A DNA stretch of 63,546 nucleotides, the filler included, from Neolecta irregularis DAH-3 (taxonomy: Eukaryota): assembly GCA_001929475.1 (NCBI GenBank). It is 10 parts of 10 records of this genome, joined end to end, with 100 filler letters (N's around TTAATTAATTAA, not from the genome) between each part and the next. Parts side by side here need not be neighbours in the genome. Positions count along the whole stretch, not along the records: positions 43,938 to 60,579 come from LXFE01000995.1; positions 60,680 to 62,005 come from LXFE01000997.1; positions 62,106 to 63,546 come from LXFE01000998.1; 7 more parts are not named here. One strand, given 5' to 3'. The notes under the pieces were generated by a model. It was not told the origin of the DNA. It saw only the letters and a list, made by a program, of their open reading frames with translations, and ran no database searches. Made by a program: the position numbers and the translations under genes. Shown one piece after another: positions 50,263 to 63,546 of the stretch. The first letter of the stretch is position 1. The number at the start of each line of letters is the position of its first letter.

Positions 50263-53128
50263 ATGGCCAGTGACGATCCCGACTTGCTCCATCTCCTGCA
50301 GTCTCAACTTTCCATCGACCAGCTCCATTCTGCCCTCGAGTCATTTACACTTTCGAAGGATTTACAACTACCAACTCCTCGAAACGCCCAAATCTTATCA
50401 ACGTTATCAAATACTATATTACCGCAATTTTGGCATCTTATACACACTCCTTTTACTCCTCTCCAAGGTTCAGTCAGAAAATGCCTGATCGATGCCTTTT
50501 CTTCCATAGCTGGTCTAGGTGCACTGGTCTCTCGTTGCTCGGGTATCATCTCAGTCGGATTACAAGTTGAAGGAACTACTCAACACGGCATCGATCTCAT
50601 CCAGTTCACTGAATTAGTCGTAACAAACCATCCCCTTCATCCTGCCCAAGTATCCCGATTAATTTCATCTCATAAAAGTTACGTCGCTCTGTGGAAAGAG
50701 TACGTGTCCTTGATTAGCGGCGGAAAAATCCTTGGGAAATTCTCGGAATTGTCACAACTTTTGAATTACGATACTTGGCTTGGAAATGCCACAAATTATT
50801 CAACATGGCTTGGGAAACTTGTTCATAAGAGTTTTGAAGATTCTAAAAATGATGAATTTATTAAAGATGTTTCATTGATGGTTTCTCGGTCATTAGGCTT
50901 AGGAAAACCTGGTACATCTGCCTTATTTTTATCGAGTTTCTCATTTGAGCAGAAAGTTTTGTGTCTGCGATGGTTTCCCAATTCTCGGATTTAGAATCTA
51001 TCAACAGAATCCTAAAACACCTTCACTGGACAAACTTGATGTTATTCTTGAGAAATCTTCTTCATATTCAGAGTTCTCTGTATTTGAAGGATTGTGTCAA
51101 TCCATCAAATCCATCTACAGATCGCTATTCCTCGGATGCCGATAAGGTGGGTGCCATTGCAAGCATTTTGAGCTCGATTGTCAATGACTGTAAACACGCG
51201 CAGACAGCTCTAGAAATTTGGTTTTATGAGAAAAGCATGAGTGAACGGCTTCCCATTCGAAGAGCGGTGGCCTTGGTTCTCTCCAAACATGATGGTATCT
51301 CCATTTCTAAAATCATATTTCAACATCTAGACTTTGAAAAACTTTGTGACAAGTTATTGGGCCTATGGGCAGATCCGCTTTACATGAAACATGCTCCAAT
51401 TTTATCACAGAATGGTATTCCTTGTGTCTTGTTTTCACAGTTTCCTTACCTCTAGTTATTGCTGAGAATCTCCTTCTGTGTCTGGCAAAGCTACCGAAAC
51501 CTATATTAAAATCTCTAAGTCACCAGCCCATTTATACTCAAGGACTTTCGGACCACTTGTCCGCCATGCATGAGAAAGTGCGACTCTTTGGTATGGTTGT
51601 TGGAGAAGCAATCAGCTCTGTCGTCGATTCGAAACCTTTAAAGTTTGGAGTACCAGATATGCAGACAACTGAAGCGGAATCGTTGAAATCTCTTATAAAC
51701 ATCACTGATATGTTTTTTGATCCATCGGCTATTTTTCAACCCATTGTCGAGGAAGTCCAGCAGCCAACCACAAGTCCCATCGAAGAAGCTCTAGAAACAC
51801 CTAGTGTTGCTGATCCCCCTGCATCTATGCAAAATCTGCAAACCGAGTTCATCCCCTATCCAATCCCGGACTTTGATGATGAAGACTCTGATGATGATCC
51901 CGTATGTGCAACACGGAAAAAGAAAGTTTTGGCGCCAGTCTACGTCAAAGATTTGATCTCTATGTTTAGAGATCACGAAAACTACGATCGTCAATTGACA
52001 GCCTTAAAATCAGCGCCTTCTTTGATTCTTCGAAAGGCGCATTTTGGCTCAGAACTCTCTGAATATGCAATTGAATTAGGTCACCAGCTCGTCGGGCTAA
52101 AAGATACTTTTGATATTGACGACTTTCTACAAATGAAAAGAGATGCCATGGTAATACTGATAAGATGTCAGTTTGAGAAAATTGGCCCGTTCTTTGCAGA
52201 CATATATTTTAACGGAGATTTATCACTTCAGCAACGATGTATGATTCTCACAGCTATCGGAATTGGAGCTAGAGAACTTGCCGGACTGGAATGTGAAGCC
52301 CTAAAAGTACCATCCACTTGATCTAATTAGGCTAACCTCGGCAAGACTTTATTTCCGACAAGGCAACTTCCTGAGGAAATCGGGAAACGGTTCATTAATG
52401 AGATCGATCAAATTGCTTTGTCTCTTCAACAACACACATTACAACCATTATCACAAAAAGCCGAAGAGCAAGTTTCTGGTCCTCGGGTACTTCAGGTCAG
52501 GAAGTTTTCTACCCGTCTTGAAGTCGAAGCAAGAAAGCCTAAACCTACAGTCAATAAGCTAGCTCAAATAGTCCACAAGACATTCTTTCCTTTGACTAGC
52601 CTCTGGTGGACTTGCTGGCGAGATTGGTAGATGCTTACCTGATATGCGGACTAACGAGTAGTCAAGGGAACGGCCCATATTTTGAGGAACTTCTTACTGG
52701 AGTATTTCTCAAGACGTTGAGTATACTTTTACATGCCTCTGCGCCTAGCTCAAGAGATATACCACAAATGACCAGTGAATTATGGGACATTATCCTGTTT
52801 CATCGAGTGAATTCGGAAGCTGGGATGTTCTCTATCTTGATCATACTAGAGGTGAATGAGGCGAAAGAGCTTGCTAGGCATCATTCAAAGGAATTAGTTG
52901 AAAGTTTCGAGTGGGCTCAAGGTAATAACATTATGCATTACAACTACTGACTTTGAAGACGTCTTTAATGGAGGGCAGGATGAAGAGATAAGAAGAATCG
53001 CAGCTAGTGTAACAGTCAAAATACAAGAAATTATGGAGAAATACGATCGTCTGATGATTGAAGATATTGTACTTGGAACAGGACGAACAGGCATTGGAAG
53101 TGGCCGGCTTGGATTATTGGGACTATAG
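50263..53128 (+). CDS. TEL2: Telomere length regulation / TTT co-chaperone Tel2
   Basis: GLSDHLSA..KVRLFGMVVGEAIS, acidic DEDSDDD, APVYVKDLI and GDLSLQQRCMILTAIGIGARELAG; about seven short introns. Confidence 0.85.
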
Positions 53129-53223
53129 AATCTAGACAATCATTTTATATTCTTCATTTATTTTGTGCATCTCCTCAAGGCATGTACACCTGCTGTTTAC
53201 TTCAAGTTATGACTTACGCAGTC

Positions 53224-54482
<1,259 letters not shown>

Positions 54483-54611
54483 GGTTACTTTGTTGGATGA
54501 TAGAGGCAGAAGAGGGTTGTGTTTTGGAGAGGAAAGAATCCGGTTTTATGGCGGTTCCTAATACTTGGAGGACTCACGAAAATCTGGCTCCATCACGAGA
54601 CACCCATTATT

Positions 54612-55103
54612 TTCCGACAAACCAATTACCTCATACCTCGGGCAATCAAGGTTATATTCTCCCTTCGCTTCACACGGACAATGTAACAAAATAGGCCTTC
54701 TCTTGGAATTGTAGGGAAACCCAAAGAAAAAGAAATACTGCGACTGATCATGTAGTGATCATATCGTATTGCAGCTTATTGTTTCCACGGACGAGAAAAG
54801 ATTCCGATGCATAATCGAGGTGTAAAGTGGAGTTATTCTTGAAAAAGAGCTCATAAGTAAATCTAGGTTCTAGAGATAGTCATGTTTTGGTATAGGGTGA
54901 TAAATTGGAGCTTATTAAGGCTGAATTGGATCTGAGCTTGGAGGAAAACACGTACGCTCAGAGCCAAAATGACCACTCTCTAAATACCTATTCGTGCCCT
55001 TACGTTTTTCCTTTCCTAGCAAGACCTATCAGCAGCTCCTTGTATTAACTAATCGTTGGAGAATTTCAGTAATCTTTCGCATTCATTTTGCTCCTTTGCA
55101 TTT
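54612..55103 (+). pseudogene. Diverged direct duplicate of 56640-57132 (promoter plus 5' end of the DUF218-like gene)
   Basis: Colinear alignment over about 490 bp. The ATG of the source gene (TTCATGCCT) reads TTCGTGCCC here, and the coding part carries an indel. Confidence 0.8.
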
Positions 55104-55886
55104 GAATAAGCAATGCCTTAAGCTCTTTTGGATCCATATTTTTGGGTAAGGACAACAATAAACGTTATTCCCGAAGGAACCTACCGGGGGATCAGATGGA
55201 AGCAGACTTCCTCTACTTGTGACAAAAGACATGAACACAGCCTTGGTCGTATGGGACGAGGAAGTGATTGCCAATAAGCGGGAGGTTGTAAGAACTCAAG
55301 AAACCAAAAAACCAGGTGTAGCTTATGACACACAAAATTATGATGTAGAATGTACGTCTTTATTGAAGAGAAATCCTTGAAGATCCCGAATTTCTTGGGA
55401 TGTAACGTTGCAAATGCGTGACCTGGTGATACAAGCGAGTTTCACGTTCAACGAGTAACGACAAACCAAAGTACCAAGCCTCGGTTCTCCCCTTTGCTTC
55501 ACACAGACAAGAACTAAAATATGAGATTTCTTGGAATAGTGTGCAAACTGTAAGGGTATACCCGGATATTACCCGGGATATACCCATACCAACACAGTAG
55601 GGGTTTTTCTCAAAGTTGTTAACCTAGATCGCTCGGGCAATCAATTCATGATGGAAGATATTTAATTTGTGCTTCACACATGATCACAGTGCCTGATAAT
55701 GTTATCTTTAATGGGACTGGCAAGAATCCAGTTATTTGACTAGTAAAATTACATGTTGCTCATGGCTGTCTTAAAATGCAGGATCTAATACTTATTTATC
55801 CTCTAATGTTATAATTCAGACTGGAAAACACACCCTGGGTATTTCACAACTTTATAATATAAACAAAATGATGTCCGTGTAATTTT

Positions 55887-56418
55887 TCACCGGGGAAGCT
55901 GCGATCGAATATTTCCGTTTGAAGGCTCGTGCTCTTCTTCTTCGTCATCTTTCGGAGGACCAGTGCCAGCATCTAGGCTTACTCTTGGCATTGCAGGAGG
56001 GTTTGCGGGCTCTTCCCCAAGTACTTCTGTATACCTGGGAGGACTGTCGACAGTGGCATCTCGAGGTACTAGAGAATTCTGATATGACGTATCAAGAGTG
56101 TATCTGGAATGTGTCAACCTTGGTGAAAAGTTGGGACTGATACGGAGGAGGAATTTCGACGTGGGGAATCGGAATTTCAATATCTATTTGATCGGGTTCA
56201 TGCCTATTGCGCTTTGAATATTTTTTCCTTAGAGTCCTCCAAACGAATATAGTCGCAATCAGAGTTGCAAGAGCGAACCCTATTCCAAGATACCAATAAC
56301 GCATCTTGTGATTCGATGTCGAATGATGGGATCCGCGATTTTCGGCGTATGAAGTATTATTGGACAGGAAAGCGCGATCAGTGGGAAGCAGACTTGTACT
56401 ACTTGCAACAAGAGACAT
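55887..56418 (-). CDS. Single-pass membrane protein with PY motifs
   Basis: TM YWYLGIGFALATLIATIFVW followed by RTLRKK. A 40-nt intron gives PPPYTLD, then PPRY and an acidic tail. Confidence 0.65.
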
Positions 56419-57021
56419 GAATACAGTCAAAGAATGAGGAAGTGAGATGCAATAAGCAGGGTATGGTGGAAAAATAACAAGGTGTAATCGATGAAACAGG
56501 ATATTACATGCAGATCGCACCTTTATTGTAGTCAAGACTCTTGCATCGGTCCTGAATTTATTAGAATGAAACGTTGCAAATGCGTGATGTGATGACATGC
56601 AAGTTTCCAGTTTCAACGAACGAATCACGACAAACCACATTCCGACAAACCAAATACCTCATGCCTCGGGCAATCAAAGGTATATTCTCCCTTTGATTCA
56701 CAGGGACAATGTAACAAAATAGGTGTTCTCTTGGAATGGTGTGGAAAAACAAAGAAAAAGTAACGTTGCGACTGATAATGTAGTGATCATATTGTATTGC
56801 AGCTTATCGTTGCCATGGACGAGAAAAAATTCCGATGCATTGTCGAGGTATAAAGTCCAGCTATTCTTGAAAAAGAGCTCACAAGTAAATCTAGGTTCTA
56901 GATGATTGTCATGTTTTGGTACAGGGAGACAAATTGGAGCTTATTAAGGCTGAATTGGATCGCAGTTTGGAGGAAAACACTTACGCCCAGGAGCCGAAAT
57001 GACCACTCTACATACCCATTC

Positions 57022-58111
57022 ATGCCTTTAAGCTTTTCCTTTCCTAGCAAGACATATCAGCAGCTCTCTGTATTTACTAATCGTTGGAGAATTTCAATAA
57101 TCGCTTTCGCATTCATTTTGCTCCTTTGGATTTTTTCTTCAAATTTTAATCTAGATCTTTCAAGTGATAAAATCCCCAAATATTCAAACTATGATGGGGG
57201 AGACTTTATTCGCGCTTCGCATATGATCATGGTACCTGGGCATGCAATCTTTAAAGGGACAGGCGATGGAATAAGTGACTCCGACTGGTATAACATTTTT
57301 CCATTGGCCATCTTGATAATTCAGGATCTTGCAACCTTTTCAATATGGACAAGGCCCGACGTTTATACAACATATCGAAAGCTCACTCGACCTCGCCCTT
57401 CAAGATTCCGAGTCTCTAGTCATTTTTTCAGGGGGGCAGAGCAGGAAAGACGCGGGCATGCGAAGTGAAAGTCAAAGTTATTGGGTATTTTCGCCCTATA
57501 TCTGTATAAACTAATAATCCCAGGAACTGGCCAAAACTCGAGGTCTTTTAGATAAATTCAATAAAACATCCGTTTTTATAGAAGAATTTGCCAGAGTAAA
57601 TATATGACTTTCTAACAATAATTAATTAAACCTAGGACTCTTTTGAGAATCTGCTATTTTCTGTATGCCGGTACTATAATTACTTCACCCATTGGCTGAT
57701 TCACCTGCAGATTTTACGAGTTGGCAGGTTCTTTTCCAACTAAAATCACAGTCGTCGGTCTCGATTTCAAACGATCTCGATTTCAAAATCAACATCGAAA
57801 AGCCTTGATGATTCCACAGGACAGGCAAATATTATTGTGTTGCCAACCTGACATGTAGATTCATTTATGTTGGGATTGATCCTCCGGGTATAAACAACGT
57901 GACTCGGGCGGGAGAAATCTCGCAGGCTGTTTTGCCGTTCGAGGAGAGGCCTTATGGATGTGGCTCGACTTTTCTAGAAGAAAAACGGCGAAACCGGAAT
58001 CCGTGGCGACGAAGACATGGTTATGAAATTAGTTGTCCTCAATTAAGGGGGTTGTTTGCATGTTGCGGAAGTGGGCTTTATACAGGGAGTTTGCCTTGGT
58101 TATTAAATTAG
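57022..58111 (+). CDS. DUF218-like / YOR238W-family protein
   Basis: N-terminal TM, MVPGHAI, LVIFSGGQSR, SESQSY, EEFARDSFENLLFSVCRF, FKRSRF, KRRNRNPW and LPW; five short introns. Confidence 0.8.
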
Positions 58112-58271
58112 ATGAAGAGCATTTAATGTAGTGAGGCACACCACATATTCGACTTTGATTGCCTCTTTTTTTATTGGTGGTTGCAGGTACCTGTAGAAAC
58201 ATAGCAGAGGGGTCGAGACCACGTCAAATTCCAAGTCACTTGAAACCCCTATATTCACTGGTTTGAAAACA

Positions 58272-59204
58272 ATGTCGTTTGGTTTTACTCCCCGCAAAAG
58301 CGCAGACAAAGATCCGCTCGGCTGGAATGCAGAATGGGAGAATTACGTGCTTGAGATTCATCAAAAGTCTCAAGCACATCCGGAATTGCGACCTGATCTT
58401 ACAGCCCCGACTTTTGAGGCATTCAATAGCCAAGGAAGTATTACAACCACTAAACAGATGAAGATGGATCTTCTTCGAATTCAAAATGATCTTCGAGGGT
58501 TTGTCAAGGAGAAATCGCTGGGAAGGATTAAAAGTAAATGGGGCCAAATTCCCGTGTCGAATCGCAAACTCCTTTTAGCCACAGCAATTGGCGAGGTCGA
58601 GGTAATTGGATTGAATTATTTGGTGGGTAAGCGGATCATTTGCCCCGAGCTTCAAGTGAACAGTTTAATCCCGACATCAGGGTTCTGTCGTATTCTGGAG
58701 CGCTATATCCAAATTTCGAGCGAGCCTATAATCACGAGCAATGCTATTGTTGATCAATTCCTGGGACTGCCTTTTAGTGAGGAATATCGTGATGAACACA
58801 CTGGCGGAGTGATGTTTGTCGACCAGTCGCTGACAAGTCGATCGTTCTATATCACGTTGTTTTTACTCCTTGCCCTGCATCGTTTATACGGCCAAAAACT
58901 GCCTGTCCCTGTTTTCCAAAATCTCGAAGCAATAGAGAACGATGACGTTGAGATCAAAAAGTTTATGGAGACTTTGGGACCAGATCAGCGGGAGAAGTTT
59001 CAAGAGTATATGGAACAGTACGCCGCAAATAACAAGAAAAAATGTCTAGTTTGTCAAAAGACGGATGTAAAATTGATGGATTGTGGTCGTTGCAAGGAAG
59101 CATCAGGAGTTTCTACTAGTTATTGTTCGAAAGAATGTCAAAAGAAGGATTGGAGTGCGCATCGAGTAGCTTGCGGAAAACCGGCCAACGCGAGTGTGGA
59201 CTAA
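58272..59204 (+). CDS. MYND-type zinc-finger protein, intronless
   Basis: C-terminal CLVC...CGRC...YCSKECQKKDWSAHRVAC. Confidence 0.8.
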   Translation: MSFGFTPRKSADKDPLGWNAEWENYVLEIHQKSQAHPELRPDLTAPTFEAFNSQGSITTTKQMKMDLLRIQNDLRGFVKEKSLGRIKSKWGQIPVSNRKLLLATAIGEVEVIGLNYLVGKRIICPELQVNSLIPTSGFCRILERYIQISSEPIITSNAIVDQFLGLPFSEEYRDEHTGGVMFVDQSLTSRSFYITLFLLLALHRLYGQKLPVPVFQNLEAIENDDVEIKKFMETLGPDQREKFQEYMEQYAANNKKKCLVCQKTDVKLMDCGRCKEASGVSTSYCSKECQKKDWSAHRVACGKPANASVD

Positions 59205-59330
59205 TTTGTTGGGCACAGTTGTATGCAAGAGATCGCTATCTTTGCAATTAACAAATTAAACTATCTGCAAGGTCGCTTCTGAATAAACTGTCAACGTATT
59301 GAGCTGTCCGGAAGACCAGTTCCTTTTCAA

Positions 59331-60316
59331 TCAATTCGCACTTTGGAACTTTGGTCTGGCAACATCCCAGGGCCCGTGAATTTCGCTACAATCAGCAAAC
59401 ATTACCAGCGGACATACTTTTTGTACTGCTGCAGAGATATGAGCCAGATAGGACAGAGGAACGATATGAAAAAGACAGTGGCGAGAAATACAAGGGACAG
59501 CCACGAAGAAATGGTGTATGCGAGGCTAGTGCAGGCCGCAGAGTGGAGAATGACTGTTGAAAGAAGATGCAGGTTCCACGAATAATTCTGGGGTCAGTGG
59601 GACATGGCGGGAGGGCACCCTGATATATCTGCGGAAGATAGGAAAGAGCGCGAACCACTCTACGGCGAAGAGCATCAGCGAGAACACGTGGATCGTGGAG
59701 GGCAGCCTGGACGCGAGGACGACGGAAGCCATGATTGCGGCATTTGTCGCGAGGGAGCCGGGGAATCTAGCGTCAGTGCGCAGTCGTCACCGAGCGACTT
59801 TATGTTGGCCCAGGTGCCCGCGGAGTAGTCGTGGAAGAGGATGTTTGCGAGGAACAGGCAGAAGGCCAGGGCCCAGATGGAGTCGGAGGTCGTGGACCGC
59901 GTGAGCGACTTGAGGATCGGCGAGAGGCCGAGGATGGTGCAGACGATGAGCATTGCCGAGACGGCGACATCGCGGTGCGGGGTTCTGCGGCTGCGGGTGG
60001 AATCCCAGAAGCCGTAGCTGGCGGCAGTGACCGCGGACGACGCCCAGATCAGCGACGGCGGGCGCAGCAGGTCGGTGTAGATGCAGATGAACGCCGAGAT
60101 GAAGACGGCGATGGAGGACAGGTGCTGCGTGACGACCGCAGACTCGCGCACCAGCAGCCAGTAGTTGTATGCCTGCACATTGACGTTGCGCTGGAGGCCC
60201 TGCAGGAACGACTGGTCGACCCAGTTGTCCGGGTAGTCCTGCCGCACCCACAGCAGCTTGCGCCAGGGCTTGCGGCGCGGAGAGCGCGGGTGCAGCAGCG
60301 CGGGGTCGACGACCAT
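59331..60316 (-). CDS. GPI2: GPI-GlcNAc transferase subunit PIG-C
   Basis: WRKLLW.RQDYPDNW.D.SFL, LSPILKSLT.STTSDSIWAL, NAAIMASVVLASRL and QQYKNEIHGPWD; three 31-32-nt introns. Confidence 0.93.
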
Positions 60317-60404
60317 GTGGGGGAGACGGCGGTAGTAGCGGTAGAGTAAGGATGGGGTAGAACAGAGGGCGGCAACCGGAACGGGCAGATAGGTATAGAC
60401 GGGC

Positions 60405-60545
60405 AATGGGAATAGACAGACGGAGGACACAGACAGATGGGGTAGACAGACAGACAGACACAGGGAATAGAGAGACAGAGGACACAGACAGATGGAGTAC
60501 AGACAGACAGAGGACAGGGAATAGACAGACAGAGGACACAGATAG
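60405..60545. repeat. Purine-rich (ACAG)n-type low-complexity repeat
   Basis: AGACAGACAGAGGACAC-like units upstream of GPI2, next to a gap. Confidence 0.8.
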
Positions 60546-60729
60546 ATGACTGATATAGATACTACCCGCCCATCTACAGNNNNNNNNNNNNNNNNNNNNN
60601 NNNNNNNNNNNNNNNNNNNNNNNTTAATTAATTAANNNNNNNNNNNNNNNNNNNNNNNNNNNNNNNNNNNNNNNNNNNNTACCTACTTCTGTTATACACT
60701 GGTTCTAAGTTACTCTAGTCCTATCAGTG

Positions 60730-61905
60730 AAGCATGCCCTGGTGGTATGCTTACAAGGAACTATCTTCAGGACCTTAACCTAACCACTTGACAAGATATT
60801 TATACCCACTGCCCGATCTCTTTTTATCGAGGATGGTTTCGACCTCATATTCCTCTGATCCATCTGAATATCTCTTGAATGGTCCGGGGAGAGGCTGTTC
60901 TCTTCTGACAGCCTTGGTCATTTCCATTTTCTTTTTCAATCAACTTATATGCACTACCGGATGCAGCCGAGATGAAGGTGGTAACTCCGGTTCATAATTC
61001 AGTTTCGATAATTTCATCAAAACTCTGAACTGTCCTTCGTATCGTCCTCTAAGTTTCGCTGGAAGCTCTTGTTGATTAGCCTCCAGGATCACCCGTAAGT
61101 TCTTCGTTGACAAAAATACTAAGTCCCCCTCCTGGAATTCTTCATCGCGCTTATGTTTATCAGCCTGTACTTTCTGCGATGCTTGAGCCTTTTTTAATGA
61201 GGCTTGCGCATCGTGGAATATTTTTTCAGTTGTCTCAGCAAAATCTTTTACTGATTGTACTGGCCCGCAAAATTTGAAATCCTTGGGAGCTCTAGGGATA
61301 TACCCTATATCAACTTCGAATGGCGAAAATCCTAGTGACTGCGACACAGAGCTATTGTATGAAAACTCTGCCGGTGCCAATAATTTAACCCACTCCGCCT
61401 TCTTTCCGATGAATAGCTTCAGGTAATCCTCGACTATCCGATTCATTCGCTCAGATAGCCCATCGGTCTGCAGGTAGTATGCTGTCGATAGTTTTACCTC
61501 TGCTCCAAGCAGCTTCCACAATTCCTTCCAGAATTGTGAATCGAATTGCGGACCTCTGTCCGACAGAATCGACCTGGGAATTCCATGGATTGGATAATAC
61601 TTGTCAAATAGTAATGTTGCTAGCTCCGCTGCTGTACATATTGTCTTCGACAGCCAGAAGTGGCACCGCCTTGTTGCTCTATTGACAATTGTGACAATCA
61701 CGTCATAGCCTCTATCAACCAGTAATCCTGTAATGAAATCCATGGTAATCTCCTGCCATCTCGACTCCAGGATGTTCAGAGGTTTCAATAGTCCTGTATC
61801 CTTCCTTGTATCCACCTTTACTTTAGCACAGGTAGAACAAGAGTTACAGAAATCTGCTGCTTGTGCTGCTAATCCTTTCCAGAAAAATTTCTTGGCCAGC
61901 GCTAT
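60730..61905 (-). mobile_element. Degenerate Ty3/gypsy chromovirus pol fragment (integrase plus chromodomain)
   Basis: FFWKGL...CSTC zinc finger, ITMDFITGL, SDRGPQF, QTDGLSERMN and LHPVVHIS, then after a stop EEYEVETILDKK...YLVKWLG. Confidence 0.9.
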
Positions 61906-63018
61906 AACCGGCTCCTCACTATAGGAACTGATTAGTGATGATATGTGGAGCTTCTGTGCTCGCTGATCATCACGGTTCTCTTTCCTTCTCTTTAACCTAG
62001 CAGCANNNNNNNNNNNNNNNNNNNNNNNNNNNNNNNNNNNNNNNNNNNNTTAATTAATTAANNNNNNNNNNNNNNNNNNNNNNNNNNNNNNNNNNNNNNN
62101 NNNNNCCCAAAAATGCACGGATGCAATAAGTTAGGGTCTGAGAACAGCAGTGAAGGTCCACTGAGTAGATTTTTATTCCCCAGATATATATCAGTAAGGG
62201 TCTTTTCCAAGGCTCCCTCAATCCCTACTGGTGCAAGGACCTTATAGGCAAGCTCAACCAAAAATACACAGATGTATGATTGGGACCTCTGAATCTATAG
62301 GCTCAGGCAAACGGAGTATCACTCTCTAGATTTTATATGCAAAAATTGACAAGGTAATAATTACACAGAAAGGAAATCACTCCCCTTTCATATATCCTGA
62401 GGTTGTCCTACCATTGATTTTCGCCAGGAATATCATGATATCCTTTTTCCATTTTCGCCCTATATTTACAAATATTTCTCTGTCCTTCCCCTAGCTCTAC
62501 ATTTTCCTACTTTTCTCCGTATTCTAGTAGGTAAGGTATAACAAACCTAATATTGGCCTGTAGAGCTCGACGAGGTGGATCTTTTCACTGTATACATGTG
62601 GCACCCATGATTGACTGTTGCTGCGTTATTCCAGTTGAAGTTTTCGCGTTTTTGCTTAACCACTCGTTGACGACTAACAGATGAGGTAACCTCAACGGAA
62701 TTTTGTACGTCCAGGTTGAGATTCTCGAGACTGATCTTTTTGCTGTATTATGTCCTATATTAATTGTTGCAGTATCCTGAGTTATTGCTGGGTTACTGCT
62801 GTATTATCAAACTTAGGCTTTTTCAAGGATGGATTAATTCTGCAAGATACATGAACCTTGCCCAAAATACTTCCCTAAGTATCTCCCATCCCTACTGAGG
62901 AGTTTTCCACAGCTAGGGTATAGGTCTAGTCCTTCCAGATAACTCTTTCCCTTACGTCCTCCTCTTTCTCTATCTATTATACATGATTATATACCTGTCC
63001 TTCCATTAACATATCACA

Positions 63019-63371
63019 TGCCTCCCCTCCTATGCGAGGAGCACTCGATTAACCAGGAACGATAATACTTCTGCCACCAGCCCTGGGGATCTTTTAACAT
63101 ACTTCTTTAGCTGATCCCCAGCAAAGGTCTTCGGCATCAGATGCCCAGTATCATCCAAGAGCCTATATGAGCCATTCTTGTTTACTGTGGCTATAATATA
63201 GGGACCTTTCCACTGGAAACTGAGTTTGTTAGACCACTGTTTGTCCAACCATGATTCATATACCAGAACCAAGTCCCCCTCTTCCAAGGTTTCTTTTCTC
63301 ATTTTTCTTTGATTTGCCTTGTCAAACCAGTTTTTGTTTTTCTCGCGGTGTGGCAGTGATTCATCATACAC
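63019..63371 (-). mobile_element. Ty3/gypsy integrase C-terminus with polypurine tract; 3' LTR probably begins at 63018 leftwards
   Basis: EGDLVLVY...KLSFQWKGPYII GPY/F motif. The minus strand reads GGAGGGGAGGCA immediately followed by TGTGATATG. Confidence 0.7.
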
Positions 63372-63546
63372 TGTTAGATCCTCATCAGAAGATAATTCCT
63401 GGGACTCTAAAGACTTCAGCTTTAGTTAACACCATTTATGAAATTAATATTCAACAAATATTTGCAAGGCAAGGGAAACCAAATATGATACTCAGGGATC
63501 CTCAGGTTAAAGAAGCCATGGTTTTTATCTCTTGGCAGGAATTTTT

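Overview
This is compact, intron-dense fungal nuclear DNA from an ascomycete. Gene content and ultrashort introns suggest an early-diverging, Taphrinomycotina-like lineage such as Neolecta, which is an inference only. It is scaffolded with nine 100-nt N gaps, each carrying an artificial TTAATTAATTAA linker. I traced about 28 protein genes by hand: CPY, RRP7, a Pcl cyclin, a LEA-like protein, an ABCA transporter, a MARVEL protein, VPS1, an extra ATP-dependent DNA ligase, HOS1, MZT1, RRN6, a Pirh2-like E3, NMA1, RasB/Ras2, a Num1/Mcp5-like protein, RPL19, ADK1, RACK1, ISWI, TEL2, GAPDH, GPI2 and others. There are also two intron-containing tRNA-Glu genes, a U24/snR24-like snoRNA in the RACK1 intron, several MITE/TIR elements, LTR remnants and two Ty3/gypsy integrase fragments. 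The most striking signal is the splicing grammar. Of roughly 100 introns, nearly all are 31-45 nt with a branch-point A about 7-10 nt from the 3' end and no consistent pyrimidine tract. GC donors and AAG/GAG acceptors recur, sometimes skipping a nearer CAG, and one apparently obligatory GT-TG intron sits in adenylate kinase. This suggests 3' splice sites are chosen by distance from the branch point. Other highlights are a snoRNA with a replaced guide, a HAPSTR1-like protein behind a G-rich hexamer promoter, local GC islands, and a small secreted Cys-rich protein whose end overlaps an LTR.
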